The notes below the pieces were generated by a model. The model had not been told where the DNA came from. It saw only the letters and a list, made by a program, of their open reading frames with translations, and searched no databases. DNA of 64,000 nt from an uncultured delta proteobacterium. GTDB lineage: Bacteria; Myxococcota; Myxococcia; Myxococcales; Myxococcaceae. This document shows, piece by piece, positions 61,090 to 64,000 of this stretch. The position numbers and the translations under genes are program-made. Location of the stretch: the NCBI GenBank assembly GCA_963713045.1, contig CAVQKE010000001.1, positions 32,001-96,000 of the forward strand. Direction: 5' to 3'. Each line of letters opens with the position of its first letter. Position 1 is the first letter of the stretch.

Positions 61090-62529
61090 TTGATGAAGAC
61101 GCATGGGAACAGGACCTTCGTGGGCACGGTCGTGTTCCTTGACCTGGGAGAGGAGAGCACAGCCTCTGCCGCCCCCGAGCTCCAGCAGCGCGTGCGCGAC
61201 GTCGTCACTCGCACTGTCGGCCACCTCGCCGAGGCCGACCGAATCCTCCTGGACACCGGAAATGGCGCGGTGTTGTGTTTCCCGGGTGACCCGGAGGACG
61301 CGGTGTTTGTCGCCATTGGCATTCGGGACAGTCTTCAGCAGGAGGCTGCGGTTTTTCATGACCTTCAGGTTCGTCTCGGCGTCAACCTGGGGCCGGTCAA
61401 AGTCGTCGAAGAGTCGCCTGGGCATACCCAGTTGCTGGGCGAAGGGCTTTACGGCGCGCAAGCGCTGCTAGGATTTGCCAGCCCTTCGCAGATTCTCGCC
61501 TCGCGGTCGTTCTTCGAGCTGGTGTCGAGTCTCTCCGACGAATACCGAGAGCTCTTTCATCACCGAGGTCGACGCCGGCCGGGCACGCGGGAGGTCGACT
61601 TCTTCGAGCTGGCGCCGGTCGGGGGTGTCGCGGCAACGGACTTGACGTGGCCGGCAGGGGCGACGCCGCAGCCCGGCGCGCCGGCCGCTCCCGCCGCCCC
61701 GGTTCTGCCGATTTCCCCGGCCGCCGCTCCGGTCGCGGCGGCAGCTGCCACACCCCATGAGGGTTGGCGTCCGGAAGCCCTGGGCGAGCTTTCCAGTGCC
61801 CTGGCGAAATGGGTCGGGCCACTCGCGCCGGTGCTGGTCAAGCGCTCCCTGACGCGGACCGAAGACCCGCGGGCGCTGTGCGAATTCCTCGCCGAGGCCC
61901 TCACCGATGAGTCGGACCGCGCGGCCTTCCTCAGCTACGCACGCCGCTGGATTCCGTCGGCCCGTAAGCCGCAAGGGCCAGCCGGCACACCCGCCCCAGT
62001 GGTGACGCCGGGCAGGCTTCAGCCCGAGGAGCGCGCCCGATTGGAGGCGGCTCTTGCACCCCACGTCGGACCGATTGCACGCCTTTTGGTGGAGCGGGTC
62101 GCGCACGAGGCTCCGGACCTGGCCGCCGCTTCGAAGAAGCTTGCCAACTCCATTGCCGACGGCGAGTCGCGCAAGACGTTTCTCAAGACGGTCACGATGG
62201 TGCTGCCACCGCCGCGGAAACAAGGGTCCCGTCCGGGGGGTGCCGAGACCGCCGCCGCGTCCAAAGCTGTCGCCAAGCGCACCCCCGCCCGCGCAGCCCA
62301 GGCCATTGGGGGGACGCAGCCACTGCTGGCAACTGCCTTTCTGGACGAGGAAATCCTGCGCCGGGCGGAACAGAGTCTGGCACGTGCCGTCGGGCCGATG
62401 GCGCGCGCGCTGGTGCGCCGCGCAGCCAAGGGGGCTCGCGACACAACCGAGCTGTATGCAGCACTCGCCGAGGAACTTCCTGAGGGACCGGAACGCGACC
62501 GATTCCTCGCCTCGTACGGCAAAAGCTGA
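61090..62529 (+). CDS. Degenerate class III nucleotide cyclase domain plus three helical repeats
   Basis: VVFLDL, DTGNG, VRLGVNLGPV, QILASRS; three LA..VGP(L/I/M)A..LV.R...R..FL repeats. Confidence 0.7.
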   Translation: MMKTHGNRTFVGTVVFLDLGEESTASAAPELQQRVRDVVTRTVGHLAEADRILLDTGNGAVLCFPGDPEDAVFVAIGIRDSLQQEAAVFHDLQVRLGVNLGPVKVVEESPGHTQLLGEGLYGAQALLGFASPSQILASRSFFELVSSLSDEYRELFHHRGRRRPGTREVDFFELAPVGGVAATDLTWPAGATPQPGAPAAPAAPVLPISPAAAPVAAAAATPHEGWRPEALGELSSALAKWVGPLAPVLVKRSLTRTEDPRALCEFLAEALTDESDRAAFLSYARRWIPSARKPQGPAGTPAPVVTPGRLQPEERARLEAALAPHVGPIARLLVERVAHEAPDLAAASKKLANSIADGESRKTFLKTVTMVLPPPRKQGSRPGGAETAAASKAVAKRTPARAAQAIGGTQPLLATAFLDEEILRRAEQSLARAVGPMARALVRRAAKGARDTTELYAALAEELPEGPERDRFLASYGKS

Positions 62530-62539
62530 AAGCTCCGCG

Positions 62540-63997
62540 CTACGCCGTCGGTTGGGCAGGATTCGAAAGGCTCGAACGAAGACGGGTCCCAGCCCGTGAG
62601 ACCATCTCCTGCAATTCACCCACCGTGCCCTTTTCCCCCCACACTGCAACCACCTCCCCCGAGGACGTGTCCTGGACGCGAACGGCCAACCTCAGCGGGC
62701 TGGAGAGTCCGTTGCCAAGACACAGGTAGGAGCCGAGGACAGTCAGCTGAGCGCCCGTCAGGTCGCGCACGTGGCCCAGTGTCTCGCTGGACAGCGTGTC
62801 CTGGGCTCCAAGGGAGAGGGCGCGCTGGGCGCGCGCGACCTCCTCGGCGGGCAGCGTCCTGAGCGTCTGACTCGCCTCTTGGAATTCACGGGTGACCATT
62901 TCCACCAGTGCCGTCGACAGCCAGGCTCCGTCCGGTCGCCCGGCGAGATTGCGGAAACCAAGGACAGCCACTGCCTTGCGAGGGTCTAACGTTTGCTGGC
63001 CCACCGCGCGGACCACATCCAGTACCGAACGAAAACGCTTTTGCGGTTCGCGCTCGAGGCAGCGAAGGATGGCGGCGTCCCAGCGGGCGTCGAGGCTCGT
63101 CACCAGCGCCGAGGGAACTGGCGGCGCCTGATGCAACCGTTTCATCGCCGCCTCGAGTGCCGTCTCCCCGGAGAAGGGAACGGTCCCGGTGAGTGCCTCG
63201 TAGAGGAGCACGCCCAGCGCGTAAATATCCGTGGCGGCCGAAGGGGCTCCGCCAGTCAACTGTTCCGGTGCCATGTAGGCAGGCGTTCCGATGAAGCCCA
63301 CCCGACTCGTCACCGAAGCGTCCCGGTCGTGGCGGTTTTCCCCGTGCAAGGCGCGGGCGATGCCAAAGTCGGTGATGACGGCTCGCAGCGCCGCGTTGCC
63401 CTGGTGACCGGGCGTGTCCGGCGTGCGCTGCATGAGAAACACGTTCGCCGGCTTGAAGTCCCGGTGGATGACGTCTTGGACATGCATCGCCTCAAGACCG
63501 TCCGCCATTTGGCGCAGGAGCACCAGCAGCTCATAGCTGGCCATCGGGCCGGTGCGAACCAGCCGTTGGGCCAGCGTTTCGCCCAGCAGCAGTTCCATAC
63601 TCAGAAAGTTGACTCGTTCCCCTCTGGAGTCCACCCCCTCGTAAAGTTCGAAGATTCGGCAGACGTTGAGGTGGGTGACCCGTCGGGCCAGCAACACTTC
63701 TCGGCGAAACCGCTCCATCGCCGTCGGGTCCGCGGCGAACTCTGGAAGAATGGTTTTCACCGCGACGCGCGTCCGCAGCACCGTGTCTTCCGCCTCGTAC
63801 ACCGCGCCCATCCCGCCCCGGGCGATGAAGCGGAGGATGGTGAAGCGGTTTGCCAGGCGCTCCCCGACCTGCAGCGTCGTACCTCCTGGGTCCGGTGGCT
63901 GGGTAATGACCGAATTCAGCGGAATCGGCTCAGTGGAGGAGGTCGTCGGAGCTGGAGTGCGCCCAGGCTGCACCGGACGCGCCCCCTCCTTCGACAC
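62540..63997 (-). CDS. Hanks-type Ser/Thr protein kinase with C-terminal TolB-N-like domain
   Basis: ARGGMGAVY, VAVK, HRDFKPAN, TDFG, GTPAYMAPE; AVAVLGFRNL; start at the window edge, uncertain. Confidence 0.9.
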   Translation of the reverse strand: MSKEGARPVQPGRTPAPTTSSTEPIPLNSVITQPPDPGGTTLQVGERLANRFTILRFIARGGMGAVYEAEDTVLRTRVAVKTILPEFAADPTAMERFRREVLLARRVTHLNVCRIFELYEGVDSRGERVNFLSMELLLGETLAQRLVRTGPMASYELLVLLRQMADGLEAMHVQDVIHRDFKPANVFLMQRTPDTPGHQGNAALRAVITDFGIARALHGENRHDRDASVTSRVGFIGTPAYMAPEQLTGGAPSAATDIYALGVLLYEALTGTVPFSGETALEAAMKRLHQAPPVPSALVTSLDARWDAAILRCLEREPQKRFRSVLDVVRAVGQQTLDPRKAVAVLGFRNLAGRPDGAWLSTALVEMVTREFQEASQTLRTLPAEEVARAQRALSLGAQDTLSSETLGHVRDLTGAQLTVLGSYLCLGNGLSSPLRLAVRVQDTSSGEVVAVWGEKGTVGELQEMVSRAGTRLRSSLSNPAQPTA

Positions 63998-64000
63998 GCC

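Overview
High-GC bacterial chromosome segment, most likely from a myxobacterium (Myxococcota). This is inferred from the Lon N-terminus MFFGRDDK, many sigma54 activators and a Hanks-type kinase. Left to right: rsmE (5'-partial) and pepP; a met operon (metY-metX-thrA/metL); a yqgE-bolA-grxD-DUF2914 cluster; metabolic singletons; tRNA-Leu-tig-clpP-clpX and lon; GNAT and plsC; a cbrX-cbrA-cbrB-like SLC5-kinase/sigma54 system followed by a degenerate acs-like gene and an MFS transporter; an accessory block (yeiH, two SPFH lipoproteins, TolC and MFP with a nearly deleted RND permease, a divergent sigma54 two-component system, an internally deleted class IIC group II intron); a porin; tRNA-Lys; signalling and membrane genes; DUF1800/DUF1501; a Mo-oxidoreductase; and a heme-HAMP sensor, pseudo-cyclase and Ser/Thr kinase. 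Two candidate systems stand out. (1) An unannotated 35-aa Met/Cys-rich leader peptide with mutually exclusive anti-SD/anti-anti-SD pairings upstream of metY, a candidate two-input sulfur amino-acid attenuator. (2) A CbrB-type regulon visible in the DNA: three sigma54 promoters, each with a tripartite GTTAC motif starting 88-89 bp upstream, driving a catalytically dead Acs homologue, an MFS transporter and a porin rather than a CrcZ sRNA. Several single frameshifts look like consensus errors. All family assignments come from motif recognition by eye, not database searches.
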